From Bacteroidales bacterium (GTDB lineage: Bacteria > Bacteroidota > Bacteroidia > Bacteroidales > WRLA01): a stretch of DNA of 64,000 nucleotides. Where the stretch lies: contig OY781097.1 in NCBI GenBank assembly GCA_963676415.1, forward strand, positions 1,160,240-1,224,239. Reading direction: 5' to 3'. This document shows, in pieces, positions 28,103 through 37,867 of the stretch (position 1 is its first letter; the number at the start of each line of letters is the position of its first letter). The notes beneath the pieces were generated by a model, which made no database searches, was not told the origin of the DNA, and worked only from the letters and a program-made list of their open reading frames with translations. The position numbers and the translations under genes were made by a program.

Positions 28103-29113
28103 ATGAAACAGGCAACAAAAATTGACGTGCATCATCACATTTTTCCTAAAAACTATGTTGATGCACTAAAATCACAAGGCGTAAAAGACACTTTGGGTGT
28201 GGATTTTCCTGAATGGACACCTGAAACCTCGTTGAAAATTATGGACAAGAACGGGATTAAAATGGCAATACTTTCCATAACTGCCCCGGGTGTTTATTTC
28301 CCCGATATTGAGTTCACAACAGGATTTTCTGAAAATCTTGCTCGAATGACAAACGAAACCATAGCCGAAACAAAAAAGAAATATCCAAATCGTTTTGGTG
28401 GTTTTGCAACCATTCCCTTATTAAATCCCGATGTTGCAATTGAAGAATTACATTACGCTTTAGACACCTTGCATCTGGACGGTGTTTGCTTAATGACTAA
28501 CTATAATGGTAAATATCTCGGCAACGAATTATTTGAACCGTTTTTCAACGAATTGAACAAAAAGAAAGCCGTTGTTTATATCCATCCAACCAATCCCGGA
28601 GAACAATTTGACCCTGAATTAGATTTTCCGAGTGCACTTATTGAAGCTCCATTTGACACAACCCGTACTGTTGCCGACCTTATGTATTCGGGGACGTTGG
28701 ACAAATATCATGATATTAAATTTATTCTCTCGCACGGGGGTGGCACACTTCCATTCTTGGCTTGGAGAGTGGCTATGATAGAATATGCACAAAAAGGCAA
28801 AAAACCACCTGTGTTAAGAAGTATGTACGACTTTTTGCTTAAAGGAAAACCGGAAAAAGGCTTAAAGCTTTTGAAAAAAATGTATTTCGATACTGCCTTG
28901 GTATCAGGCGAATATGCATTGAAACCGTTACAATTATTTGCTGATCCTGAACACATTGTTTATGGTTCTGATTTTTGTGTGGCTAAAATGGCTCCGATAA
29001 TTACCAAAAACCTCACAAAAAACGGCAATTTCACAGGAAAAAATCTCGACAATATGGAATACAAAAATTGCTTACAGTTGTTTCCGGCATTGGAAAAATA
29101 TTACTCAAAATGA
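28103..29113 (+). CDS. Amidohydrolase-2 family protein (ACMSD-like metal-dependent hydrolase/decarboxylase)
   Basis: IDVHHHIFPKNY N-terminal metal-binding HxH, ...VVYIHP..., ...ILSHGGG..., ...IVYGSDF. Confidence 0.7.
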   Translation: MKQATKIDVHHHIFPKNYVDALKSQGVKDTLGVDFPEWTPETSLKIMDKNGIKMAILSITAPGVYFPDIEFTTGFSENLARMTNETIAETKKKYPNRFGGFATIPLLNPDVAIEELHYALDTLHLDGVCLMTNYNGKYLGNELFEPFFNELNKKKAVVYIHPTNPGEQFDPELDFPSALIEAPFDTTRTVADLMYSGTLDKYHDIKFILSHGGGTLPFLAWRVAMIEYAQKGKKPPVLRSMYDFLLKGKPEKGLKLLKKMYFDTALVSGEYALKPLQLFADPEHIVYGSDFCVAKMAPIITKNLTKNGNFTGKNLDNMEYKNCLQLFPALEKYYSK

Positions 29114-29116
29114 TAT

Positions 29117-29819
29117 TTATGTAGTTCTGAAGATTTTTGCACCTCTTATAAGCATCCATAAGATAAGCAACAGTTCCCCAAGAAATTCGGAAAGGGTTAC
29201 AATGTTTTGTACGATTGGTGCAAGCTTATCATAATTTGGCAAAAGGATATTTGCATAACTTTCAAAAAGATAGGCAATGCCCGAAAGCACTACTATCCAG
29301 CTGATTAGTTTAAGAATAATTTTCGATTTTATAGCCAAATATCCTAAAACACATAAATGGAAACCAAAGAAGATAAAGCCGATAAGCCAAGTTGTATCGA
29401 ATGCTTTTAAACAAAAGACGGATAATGAATTTAGGTCATTATGTTCGACAAAGCCATTAATTTGAGGCAACACCATAAAGAGGAATAAAAGGACAATGGC
29501 ATAAATAACGGTGTAAATTATCCTGAACCAAGCAGCCAATAATGAAAAACTTTTATTTACGGGTTAAAAAAACACATACAGCATCAGAGCCAACAAAATA
29601 TCAAAAGACAAGACAAACAGAAAATCGCTAAAAATACTTACACGAAAAAGTGCTCCGTTATTCACTATGTTTTCAATTGACAATGCGAGATTATCGGCAA
29701 TAATTAGTTTTTCGCGGACAATGAATTATTAAAATTGCTGCTACAAACATTATAAAATACGCAATGCTGCCGATTATTGCAGCATTGCGTATGGTTAAAT
29801 TATTTTCGTGCTTTGTCAT
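29117..29819 (-). pseudogene. DUF4386-like membrane protein gene with one frameshift and one in-frame TAA
   Basis: My translation: MTKHENNLTIRNAAIIGSIAYFIMFVAAILIIH / frameshift / FIVREKLIIADNLALSIENIVNNGALFRVSIFSDFLFVLSFDILLALMLYVFF * (TAA at 29564-29566) PVNKSFSLLAAWFRIIY... continues into track ORF 29117-29539. The span is 703 nt, not a multiple of 3. Confidence 0.6.
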
Positions 29820-29833
29820 CATTAATGGATTTT

Positions 29834-30379
29834 TCAAGGGTTCAGTTGTTTTTCCCATTCTTGTTTAAGAATCGACATAACTATTTTATCGTGGTATTTT
29901 TTGTCCCTGAAACAAGCCTGACGTAATCTGCCTTCTTCTTTGAATCCTGCATTTTGATAAGCTTTAATCCCCCCAACATTAAATTCCGAAACTGTCAGCA
30001 TTATTCTGTTTAATTTCAATTTGGTAAAGCCAATTTCAATTAACTTTTTTGTTGATTCGGTTGCAATTCCTTTTCCCCAGAAGTCTTTTTCGCCAATAAA
30101 AATGAAATATTCTCCCGAATGATTGGTATTTGATAGGTTACAAATTCCGGCATATCCAATAAGTTGCTGATTGGTTTTGAGATATATGCCAAGTTGAAAA
30201 ACATTGGTTTCGTTGAATAATCCGAAGTACCACTCCTTTATCTCTTGCCGTGTATTCAATTTATTAAATTTCGACAAAGAATATTTTATGACTTCCTCGT
30301 CATTAAGCCATTTGCAAAATGGCTTAAATCCATCAGGGGCCAACGGTTTTAAATACATTATTTGTGTGTTGCTTCTCAT
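29834..30379 (-). CDS. GNAT-family N-acetyltransferase (RimJ/RimL-like)
   Basis: ...LIGYAGICNLSNTNHSGEYFIFIGEKDFWGKGIATESTKKLIEIGF...NVGGIKAYQNAGFKEEG is the acetyl-CoA binding motif A region. Confidence 0.75.
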   Translation of the reverse strand: MRSNTQIMYLKPLAPDGFKPFCKWLNDEEVIKYSLSKFNKLNTRQEIKEWYFGLFNETNVFQLGIYLKTNQQLIGYAGICNLSNTNHSGEYFIFIGEKDFWGKGIATESTKKLIEIGFTKLKLNRIMLTVSEFNVGGIKAYQNAGFKEEGRLRQACFRDKKYHDKIVMSILKQEWEKQLNP

Positions 30380-30455
30380 TCTAAAAAATCATTTTCTCTT
30401 CATTAGTGAGAGTGTCACTTAAGTGACGCCCTCACTTGGCGACAATCATTTTATC

Positions 30456-31271
30456 CTAACTTAAAATCCCGAACATCTTTTTCACAGCTTGGCTGAAAGT
30501 TTCGAAAGGAAGTGATTGCTTTTGTTTATGTGACACAAAAACACCTTCTCCGGCGAGATAGCGAAGCTTATTTGTTCCGTCGGTGGCAGCATTGAACACT
30601 TCTTTTGCCACAACCAAAGGACTTTCTCCTGTGCCAAGATATTCTTTCATTCTAGGGAGAACGGTGTTGTTAATTATCTCGTATTCTTTTAATTCTGGAT
30701 TCTCAAAAAATTGAGTCGAAGAAAGAAAATTGCTGTTTACCGCAGCCAATTCGATAATCTTCATTTTAACGTTAATGGTGTCAAGTTCGTACATCAACGA
30801 TTCACTAAGCCCTTCAACTGCAAATTTCGTGGCATTATAAAAACTATTTAACGGCACTCCCATAAACCCGGCTTGCGAGCTGATGTTAATGACTGTTCCC
30901 TCCATTTTCTTGCGAAACAGAGGTAAAACTGCCCACATTACGTTCATTATACCAAATACATTTACATCAAACTGACGTTTGGCATCTTCCAACGTTGCTG
31001 CTTCAAAAAGCCCTTTGGTTCCAATTCCCGCATTATTTACCAATACATCAATAGTTCCGAAATGTGCGGTTGCATCTTGTGCCGCTTTGTCGATAGAAAC
31101 CTTGTCGGTAACATCCAATGCTAAACATTTTACATTTTCCAACTGTGTTAATTCCGTCTCTTTTTCGGGAAAACGCATTGTTGCTGCCACATTCCATCCG
31201 TTTTGTTGGAATATTTTTGCTGTTTCTTTTCCAATTCCGGTTGAACAACCGGTAATAAATACTGTTTTCAT
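30456..31271 (-). CDS. Short-chain dehydrogenase/reductase (SDR)
   Basis: TGCSTGIGKETA (TGxxxGIG), NNAG, and the S...YNATK catalytic triad context. Confidence 0.85.
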   Translation of the reverse strand: MKTVFITGCSTGIGKETAKIFQQNGWNVAATMRFPEKETELTQLENVKCLALDVTDKVSIDKAAQDATAHFGTIDVLVNNAGIGTKGLFEAATLEDAKRQFDVNVFGIMNVMWAVLPLFRKKMEGTVINISSQAGFMGVPLNSFYNATKFAVEGLSESLMYELDTINVKMKIIELAAVNSNFLSSTQFFENPELKEYEIINNTVLPRMKEYLGTGESPLVVAKEVFNAATDGTNKLRYLAGEGVFVSHKQKQSLPFETFSQAVKKMFGILS

Positions 31272-31317
31272 TTTTTTCCTTGCTTATGTTAATACTATTT
31301 GTTTGAATAAGCCGTTA

Positions 31318-32685
31318 TCAGCTTATTTTCTTTAATAAATTTACTTTCTGTTTATATGGCGGATAAATCAACGACGGGTCAATACACGTTGGTTTTTTGT
31401 AGATGCTTTTGGAATAAGAAAAAGTATCAAAACCTGATTTTCCGTGATACCTTCCCATTCCGCTATTCCCAATTCCGCTGAACGGCAGTTCGATATTTCC
31501 ATTGTGCAATACGGTTGCATTAATGCAGCCACCACCAAAATGAATGGATTCAATGATGCAGTTTTGTAAGATTTTATTTTTCGAGAAGAAATAAAGGGCT
31601 AACGGACGTTCCATTTCTTTAATTTTTGTTATGGCATCATCAATGTTGCCATATTCAATAATTGGCAGAAGAGGTCCGAAAATTTCTTCCTGCATAATTT
31701 TATCGTCCCAATCAGATTTATAAAGAATAGTCGGTTCAATATATCGGGAGCTGCTATTAGTTTTTCCACCGAAAAAAAGTTTGTCTTTTTCAAGATATGA
31801 AACCAACCTATCGAAATGCTTATTGGTAACAATGCGGCAATAATCGGGACTGTCTTTTGCATTTTTACCATACGATTCTTCTATCCTTACGGTTAATTCT
31901 TGAGCTAATTGATGTGCAATCGATTTATGAGCAAGTACAAAGTCGGGAGCGGTACAGGTTTGTCCGGCATTCATAAATTTTCCCCAAGCAATGCGATGGG
32001 CTGCCACTTTTATATCTGCATCGGAATGAACAATGCACGGACTTTTTCCACCCAATTCCAAAAGCGTAGGTGTTAGATGTTGGGCGGCTGCTTCTGCCAC
32101 AATATGCCCAACTTTCGGACTTCCGGTAAAAGCTATAAAATCCCATTTTTGAGCCAGTAACAATTGGGTTTCTTCTACTCCTCCTTCAACTACTGCACAA
32201 TATTCAACAGGATATATCTCGCCGATTATTTTGGCTATTAATTTTGAAGATTGAGGAGCAAACTCAGAAGGTTTTATTACGGCACAGTTTCCTGCCGCAA
32301 GTATTGACACAAGCGGAACCAGACACGTCTGGAAAGGATAATTCCACGGAGCAATGTTTAATACCACACCAAAAGGTTGGGCATAAACCCTGCTTTTCCC
32401 CGGTTGCAATTCAAAAGATGTTTTGACTTTTTGTGGTTTTGCCCATCGTTTCAATCGGTTGACTGTGTATTTCAACTCGCCTTTTAATTGCATTATTTCG
32501 GAAGAATAGGCTTCAAACGATGGCTTGTTCAAATCGGCTTTTAACGCAGCGAATATTTCTGCTTCATACGAATTTATTGCTTTACCTAGTTTTTTTAGTT
32601 GTTCTATTCTGAATTTTATATCAAGTGTGTTGCCTTGATTAAAATAATTTCGTTGTTTATTAACGATTTCTTTGATGTTATTCAT
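31318..32685 (-). CDS. Aldehyde dehydrogenase (ALDH3-like class)
   Basis: 455 aa. ...FTGSPKVGHIV..., LELGGKSPCIV, catalytic GQTCTAPD, and EEIFGPLLPI. Confidence 0.88.
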   Translation of the reverse strand: MNNIKEIVNKQRNYFNQGNTLDIKFRIEQLKKLGKAINSYEAEIFAALKADLNKPSFEAYSSEIMQLKGELKYTVNRLKRWAKPQKVKTSFELQPGKSRVYAQPFGVVLNIAPWNYPFQTCLVPLVSILAAGNCAVIKPSEFAPQSSKLIAKIIGEIYPVEYCAVVEGGVEETQLLLAQKWDFIAFTGSPKVGHIVAEAAAQHLTPTLLELGGKSPCIVHSDADIKVAAHRIAWGKFMNAGQTCTAPDFVLAHKSIAHQLAQELTVRIEESYGKNAKDSPDYCRIVTNKHFDRLVSYLEKDKLFFGGKTNSSSRYIEPTILYKSDWDDKIMQEEIFGPLLPIIEYGNIDDAITKIKEMERPLALYFFSKNKILQNCIIESIHFGGGCINATVLHNGNIELPFSGIGNSGMGRYHGKSGFDTFSYSKSIYKKPTCIDPSLIYPPYKQKVNLLKKIS

Positions 32686-32721
32686 ATTGATATTTTTTTA
32701 TATTTTAAAACCATTGTTCTT

Positions 32722-32742
32722 AAATGGAACGGTAGTCCATTT
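32722..32742. promoter_or_regulatory. Operator-like palindrome upstream of the ALDH gene
   Basis: AAATGGAACGGTAGTCCATTT lies between the TetR stop (32756) and the ALDH start (32685). Its core TGGAACGgtAgTCCA resembles the site at 33403-33421. Confidence 0.45.
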
Positions 32743-32755
32743 GTAAGCAAAAAAA

Positions 32756-33382
32756 TTATACTCTAAGTCCTTTGTCGTAAATTTTAGCGTGATTCATCAT
32801 TGTGGCTTCAAGAATCTTTAAGTCAGCATCTTTGTTTTCTGAAATAAACGAATTAATAATACCCAACAAAGACGCAAAATAGGTATCAATAATTTGGTCA
32901 ACATTAACAGGAGAAAGGATTTTGTTATTAATTCCTTTGTTTAGTAATGAACGCACCGGAATCATTGCCCTTTCTTTTTCGGCATATTTAATTTTTAAAA
33001 TTTTCTCAGGAATAAGCTCACATCCCATATGGTTTGAATCGAAAAAGAACAAAGCTTTATAGTAAGGTGTGTATTCCTTATGAAACTCGAATATTTGCCT
33101 GGTTACTATGCCAAACGCATCAGAAGCATCAGCCGTTTCAACCTCAATTTGATTGGTTAAATCGGCAAGTATCTTTACAGCTTCGAGATACACATAACCA
33201 TAAATCTCTTCTTTACTCTCAAAAAGGCTATATACTGCGCTTTTACCGTATTCAATGGCATCGCAAATGTCTTGAATGGTCACTTTAGAAAAGCCTTTTA
33301 AGAAAAAAAGTTCTTTGCTTTTCTCAATTATCAACCTTTTGCGGTCTTCTAGTTCTTTTTGTTTTCTTTCTTTTGCTCCCAT
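32756..33382 (-). CDS. TetR/AcrR-family transcriptional regulator
   Basis: N-terminal HTH ...KSKELFFLKGFSKVTIQDICDAIEYGKSAVYSLFESKEEIY. Confidence 0.85.
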   Translation of the reverse strand: MGAKERKQKELEDRKRLIIEKSKELFFLKGFSKVTIQDICDAIEYGKSAVYSLFESKEEIYGYVYLEAVKILADLTNQIEVETADASDAFGIVTRQIFEFHKEYTPYYKALFFFDSNHMGCELIPEKILKIKYAEKERAMIPVRSLLNKGINNKILSPVNVDQIIDTYFASLLGIINSFISENKDADLKILEATMMNHAKIYDKGLRV

Positions 33383-33402
33383 AAATTAAAATGCTGTTCC
33401 TA

Positions 33403-33421
33403 TTTGGAATGACGTTCCAAA
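33403..33421. promoter_or_regulatory. Operator-like palindrome upstream of the TetR gene
   Basis: TTTGGAATGACGTTCCAAA lies 21-39 nt upstream of the TetR start. Its reverse complement core is TGGAACGtcAtTCCA. Confidence 0.45.
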
Positions 33422-33454
33422 ACGTAATACATTTTTTAATTCAACAAACCTTTT

Positions 33455-34330
33455 TCACAAAATTATTTTATCATAATACAATTTGCCACTCACCCCATTA
33501 AATATAGAATCTCTATATACATCCATAAGCAAGTTGGCATAACGAGAGATAATGTCAATTGATTTTTCGCTTAAATTCCCTGTTAAAATGCCGCATCCCA
33601 ACACTCCCGGATTAAAATTTACCGAATTGTCTTGAATCTCATTTAAAATAAGTTCGTCGCAAGTAATCGTATTCGTTTTGGTTTGATTAATTCCTGAAAC
33701 TATAAAATTATTGATTTTTCTTTTCTCTTTAAGGGTATTGAATCCATACCACAAAAAGCATCTTATACCCTTTTTTACTGCTTCAAAAAATCCGTCAAGA
33801 TAGCTGTAACCATCTTTATTTTTCTGATAAGGCACATAAGGGTCAATATGTACAAAAGATTGATTATTCAGCATCGGAATTAGGTTGATTAATCCGGTGG
33901 CCGAATCCTTTTGAACGGTCTCAACTTTATGGGACAAACCAAATCCGACAACTGATTTTTCAATAGAGCTAAGAGCTTCTTTGTCCAAATCAAAGAAGAT
34001 ATACTTATCCGGCTGGTCTTTAAGTAAATGAATTACTTGTCCGCAAGATCCTAAGTATTTATTACTATCAAAAAATGGTTTTATCAACTTGTAATACTCT
34101 GAATCGGACAATTCCTGATACCTTTTTGCCTTCTCAATAAATAAACCAATTCCGTAGTTTTGCTCTAACGAATGCTCCAGTTCATAATCAAAATATGCAG
34201 AATTTGTTTCAACGTAAGTTTGGATTTTTTCAGTTGATACAACCTCACACAAAGGCAAATGTTTCCAAATATCACCTATCCTTCCAAAATGCCTATATCC
34301 CTTGTCTTTTATGAAATTAATACGATTCAT
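33455..34330 (-). CDS. RlmJ-like (DUF519) putative methyltransferase-fold protein, divergent
   Basis: Colinear by eye with E. coli RlmJ landmarks: YRHFGRIGDIWKH (YRHSFHAGNHADVLKH), TNSAYFDYEL (THAGAGRYQL), YLGSCGQVIHLL (YPGSPLIARLLL), FVHIDPYVPY (ILIDPPYE), CFLWYGF (YALWYPV). Confidence 0.45.
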   Translation of the reverse strand: MNRINFIKDKGYRHFGRIGDIWKHLPLCEVVSTEKIQTYVETNSAYFDYELEHSLEQNYGIGLFIEKAKRYQELSDSEYYKLIKPFFDSNKYLGSCGQVIHLLKDQPDKYIFFDLDKEALSSIEKSVVGFGLSHKVETVQKDSATGLINLIPMLNNQSFVHIDPYVPYQKNKDGYSYLDGFFEAVKKGIRCFLWYGFNTLKEKRKINNFIVSGINQTKTNTITCDELILNEIQDNSVNFNPGVLGCGILTGNLSEKSIDIISRYANLLMDVYRDSIFNGVSGKLYYDKIIL

Positions 34331-34367
34331 CTACGTTTTTTTAAATTCAATAATTTAGCCTGATTAA

Positions 34368-34548
34368 TTCATGAAATTTCGTTATGGGCACATTCGACAA
34401 GCTCAGTGACCAAGCTCAAACCGCAATAAGAGAAAGAGAGTGCAGATTTTTGGCGCACAGGAATAACCGCAGTTATTTTGAGCACCAAAAAGATAGCATT
34501 CCTTTCTATTGCAGCGTTTTGGGTGAGTAATAGAATATTTTGTGAATT
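34368..34548 (+). repeat. ~180-bp dispersed repeat; inverted partner at 38269-38450
   Basis: ttcatgaaattt...cacattcgacaagctcagtgacca...aaaccgcaataa.agaaag...tttttggcgcacaggaata.ccg.ag.t.ttttgag.accaaaaagatagcatt..tttctattgcagcg.tttggg...aatattttgtgaat is matched by the reverse complement of 38269-38450. Confidence 0.8.
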
Positions 34549-35382
34549 ATTCAGGTTAGGCTTCATTCTTCGTATAATCAATGATATGACAGGAAGAAAG
34601 CTGTCATATTAAAACGAATATTATTTACTGGGGTTCATCTAGGAATTATTTGAAAAGCCCCATCAATATTAATGGACTCACTTCATTATACTTGTTTTCA
34701 TGTTTCGTTTATTTGAAATAAATACAAATATAGTAATAATATTAACAGGAGATAGTATCAGCAGACAGGTCAGACGTATCTTAATCAAGTCATCTTAATA
34801 GACCATAACAAAGCAAAACGTCACAGCCTTACGAGCTGAATTTTGTTGTGATTGGAACAACCTGATGCGCTGCATCAGGCTTTCATCCTGAAAATTAAAA
34901 AATGGCATAAACAAACGGACTCTTCAATAGGCTGAAAACTAAATCATTAGAAATAAAGGGAGCAAAACTCCGTTTTCAAGTGATCAAACAATATTAAGTT
35001 TGAAGGACTGACACATAATATATCAGTATATTCAATCCAAAGAAAGATAAAATAATTTTTCACTAATAACGCTAAATATCTTTTAACTAATGATTATGAA
35101 ACATATAGGAGTAGGTTTTGCAGTGAGTAGCACAGCATTTATGATACGTATTCCCTACGTAAACGGATCAGGTTCTTCCTTTTTGTTCAGATTTTCGTAA
35201 TTTGCACCTGATCATAATTTCTGACTATAATATATCAGCACAATTTATCGCCAGATTACATTCGTTCCCCGTTTTAAGCATCAATAAAAGGCCTTTATAG
35301 CGAAAAAAGGTTTTCTTGCAAGAGAAACGAGGATGATATGCAAGGTAAAAGAGTGTACGCATAAGTAACAGCTAAACAAAAA

Positions 35383-36168
35383 TTGATAATGAGTAATTAC
35401 ATCAAAAAAGACTGGTTCAAAATTGAAAAAATTGATGACAAAACATCTGTAATAAGTGAATACAATCATTGGGAAGAAACACATTGCTATGTTCTCAATG
35501 GGACCGAAAGGTGCCTTCTGATTGACACAGGCCTTGGTGTAGAAAATATTTCCGAGCAAGTACAAAAACTGACAAACAAGCCGGTTACAGTAGTTACAAC
35601 ACATGTGCACTACGACCATTTTGGCGGGCATAAATATTTCCCTGACTTTTATGTACACGAAGCAGAAACAGAGTGGATAAACGGGGGATTCCCTTTAACA
35701 ATAAAACAGGTTAGAAACTTTTTAATAGAAGAACCATGTGATTTTCCAAAAAATTTTGATATCAATAATTATTACTTGTTCGAAGGTGTTCCGTCAAGAG
35801 TGCTAAAAGATAAGGATACAATTGAATTAGGAGGGCGAACAGTACAGGTCCTGCATACGCCAGGGCATTCTCCCGGACATATGTGTTTTTTCGAAGAAGA
35901 TAAAGGATATTTATACACCGGAGATTTAATTTACCTTGGTGAATTATTTGCATACTATCCATCAACAGACCCGATTGCCTATATGAACTCCATAAAAAAA
36001 TTGCTGCCCCTGCCTGTAAGAAAAATACTGCCAGCACATCACGATTTAAATGTCCCAATATCAATAATAAAGGATATAGACAAAGCATTTTCTAAATTAT
36101 ATGAAAAGGGGAAATTAAAACATGGTAGTGGTACATTTACATATGAAGATTTCGGAATACGCTTATAA
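35383..36168 (+). CDS. MBL-fold metallo-hydrolase
   Basis: VVTTHVHYDHFGG (HxHxDH) and ...LHTPGHSPGH... Confidence 0.85.
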   Translation: MIMSNYIKKDWFKIEKIDDKTSVISEYNHWEETHCYVLNGTERCLLIDTGLGVENISEQVQKLTNKPVTVVTTHVHYDHFGGHKYFPDFYVHEAETEWINGGFPLTIKQVRNFLIEEPCDFPKNFDINNYYLFEGVPSRVLKDKDTIELGGRTVQVLHTPGHSPGHMCFFEEDKGYLYTGDLIYLGELFAYYPSTDPIAYMNSIKKLLPLPVRKILPAHHDLNVPISIIKDIDKAFSKLYEKGKLKHGSGTFTYEDFGIRL

Positions 36169-36535
36169 AAACATGGATAATTGAATTAACCTACCAAATT
36201 GGTATTAGAGTACTGATATAGATTATTCCTATCGCTATAAACGCGATATCTTATTGCTGTTCAGGGAATTGAACATTAGGTTGCTGCCAATGCTCTCATT
36301 ATATGTCCAGCTCCATCCATCAGCTTGCCCAAGATTGCCATAACGGCTCGGGTTCTTACCTTTTCGCTCAGGTTGTCGCAATAGGCATTTGATTATAATT
36401 CCTGGCAATATTGCATTAACAAATTTTATCGACATATTGCAGATATTTGCTACTTTTGGCGATAATTCAAGGTAGTTAAGGAGTAGAGATACCTTATAAA
36501 CGAACTACCATTAACACACACAAAACCGAACTCAG

Positions 36536-37048
36536 ATGAAACAAACATTAGTAATTCTAATCTTTCTCATTGCTCTTGGCAGTTGTAAAAATGATAATAG
36601 GTTTCAATTATCATCAGACATCTATATCCTTGATAAAGAAAAGCCTGTTAAATCACTAGCCGAATTGAAGAACAAACTTGAAGGAAAACCTTTTTTTATC
36701 GACAGATGGGCTACATGGTGTTCCCCTTGCGTTGAAGAGTTTAAACATAGTGGAGAATTATATGAATTTCTGAAAAAAAATGGAATTGAAATGGTTTATC
36801 TAAACTCAGATAGTGAACTTGAAAAAAACTCATGGTTTGATTTCATAAAAAAATACAAACTCAAAGGGAACCATCTCCGTTTAGACAGTGCTTTAAAAGC
36901 AGACCTGATTGAGAAACAAATATTTATCCCAATGATTCCTCAATATTTGCTTTTTAACGAACAAGGAGAATTAGTTACCAATAAAGCCCTCAAACCCAGC
37001 AGCAAAGAATCGTTATACAATCAAATCAGACTAGGAATTAGCAAATAA
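36536..37048 (+). CDS. TlpA-like thioredoxin-fold lipoprotein (thiol:disulfide oxidoreductase)
   Basis: Lipoprotein signal MKQTLVILIFLIALGSC and the WATWCSPC redox motif. Confidence 0.75.
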   Translation: MKQTLVILIFLIALGSCKNDNRFQLSSDIYILDKEKPVKSLAELKNKLEGKPFFIDRWATWCSPCVEEFKHSGELYEFLKKNGIEMVYLNSDSELEKNSWFDFIKKYKLKGNHLRLDSALKADLIEKQIFIPMIPQYLLFNEQGELVTNKALKPSSKESLYNQIRLGISK

Positions 37049-37153
37049 AAACCGAACAGACTACTGAGGTTTAAAACCAAAAGCATGCAGTTCGCCCGTC
37101 TATTCGCAGAACACAAACGAAGCAGGAAAAAGTACTAATAATATTGAAAATCA

Positions 37154-37597
37154 ATGAGAATTGAAAAAATCAGCACGAACAAAAAGCAATATCTTGATTT
37201 ATTGCTCCTGGCAGATGAGCAGGAGGATATGATAGACCGCTATCTGGAAAAGGGCGATATGTTTGCTCTTTTTGATGAAGATTTAAAAACGGTTTGCGTT
37301 GTGGCAGCCATTGACAAAGAAAGCTGCGAGCTGAAAAATATTGCTACCTATAAAAAACATCAGGGCAAGGGATATGGCCGGGCAATGGTTAAATATATTT
37401 CAAATTACTATAAAAATTCCTTTAAAAGTATGCGGGTAGGGACCGGCGATGTTCCTTCAATTCTATCTTTCTATGAAGGTTGTGGCTTTGCAATATCTCA
37501 TACAATCCGGAATTTTTTCACGGACAACTATGAACAACCCATGTTTGAGGACGGGATACAGCTTATTGATATGGTATATTTGAAAAAAGATTTATAG
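37154..37597 (+). CDS. GNAT-family N-acetyltransferase
   Basis: ...[24 protein letters not shown]... (Q/RxxGxG/A motif A), ...FYEGCGF. Confidence 0.75.
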   Translation: MRIEKISTNKKQYLDLLLLADEQEDMIDRYLEKGDMFALFDEDLKTVCVVAAIDKESCELKNIATYKKHQGKGYGRAMVKYISNYYKNSFKSMRVGTGDVPSILSFYEGCGFAISHTIRNFFTDNYEQPMFEDGIQLIDMVYLKKDL

Positions 37598-37867
37598 CTC
37601 TGTTTGCGGAGAATTTGATGGGGAAACTCGAAACGAATGCCGTTCTGCCCGCCGGGCAGGCGGGCTTTTATCAAAGAAATAAGTTACTCGGTGGAGGTTG
37701 AGAATATTTATAAAGTCCGCTAACATAGTTACGCTTGCCCGAAAAATGCTTATTTCGGCGATGCTCAGCACTGGCATTTACTCCAGTAAACTCTGCTTTT
37801 TCGGGCTGCGCAAGCCTCGTTATCGAACTTTCTAGCTCAGAAACACGACTTTTTATGGACAAGCACA

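Noticed and set aside
34582-35382. ~800-bp ORF-free AT-rich stretch as a possible ncRNA or prophage remnant
   Set aside because: Apart from one hairpin (cctgatgc-gct-gcatcagg at ~34861-34879) I saw no repeats, conserved blocks or structure that would support a call.
35281-35658. Minus-strand 125-aa ORF overlapping the start of the MBL hydrolase gene, and the 66-aa ORF at 36235-36435
   Set aside because: No recognisable motifs. The first overlaps a well-supported gene. The second is short and isolated, and could be a gene fragment, but I cannot support it.
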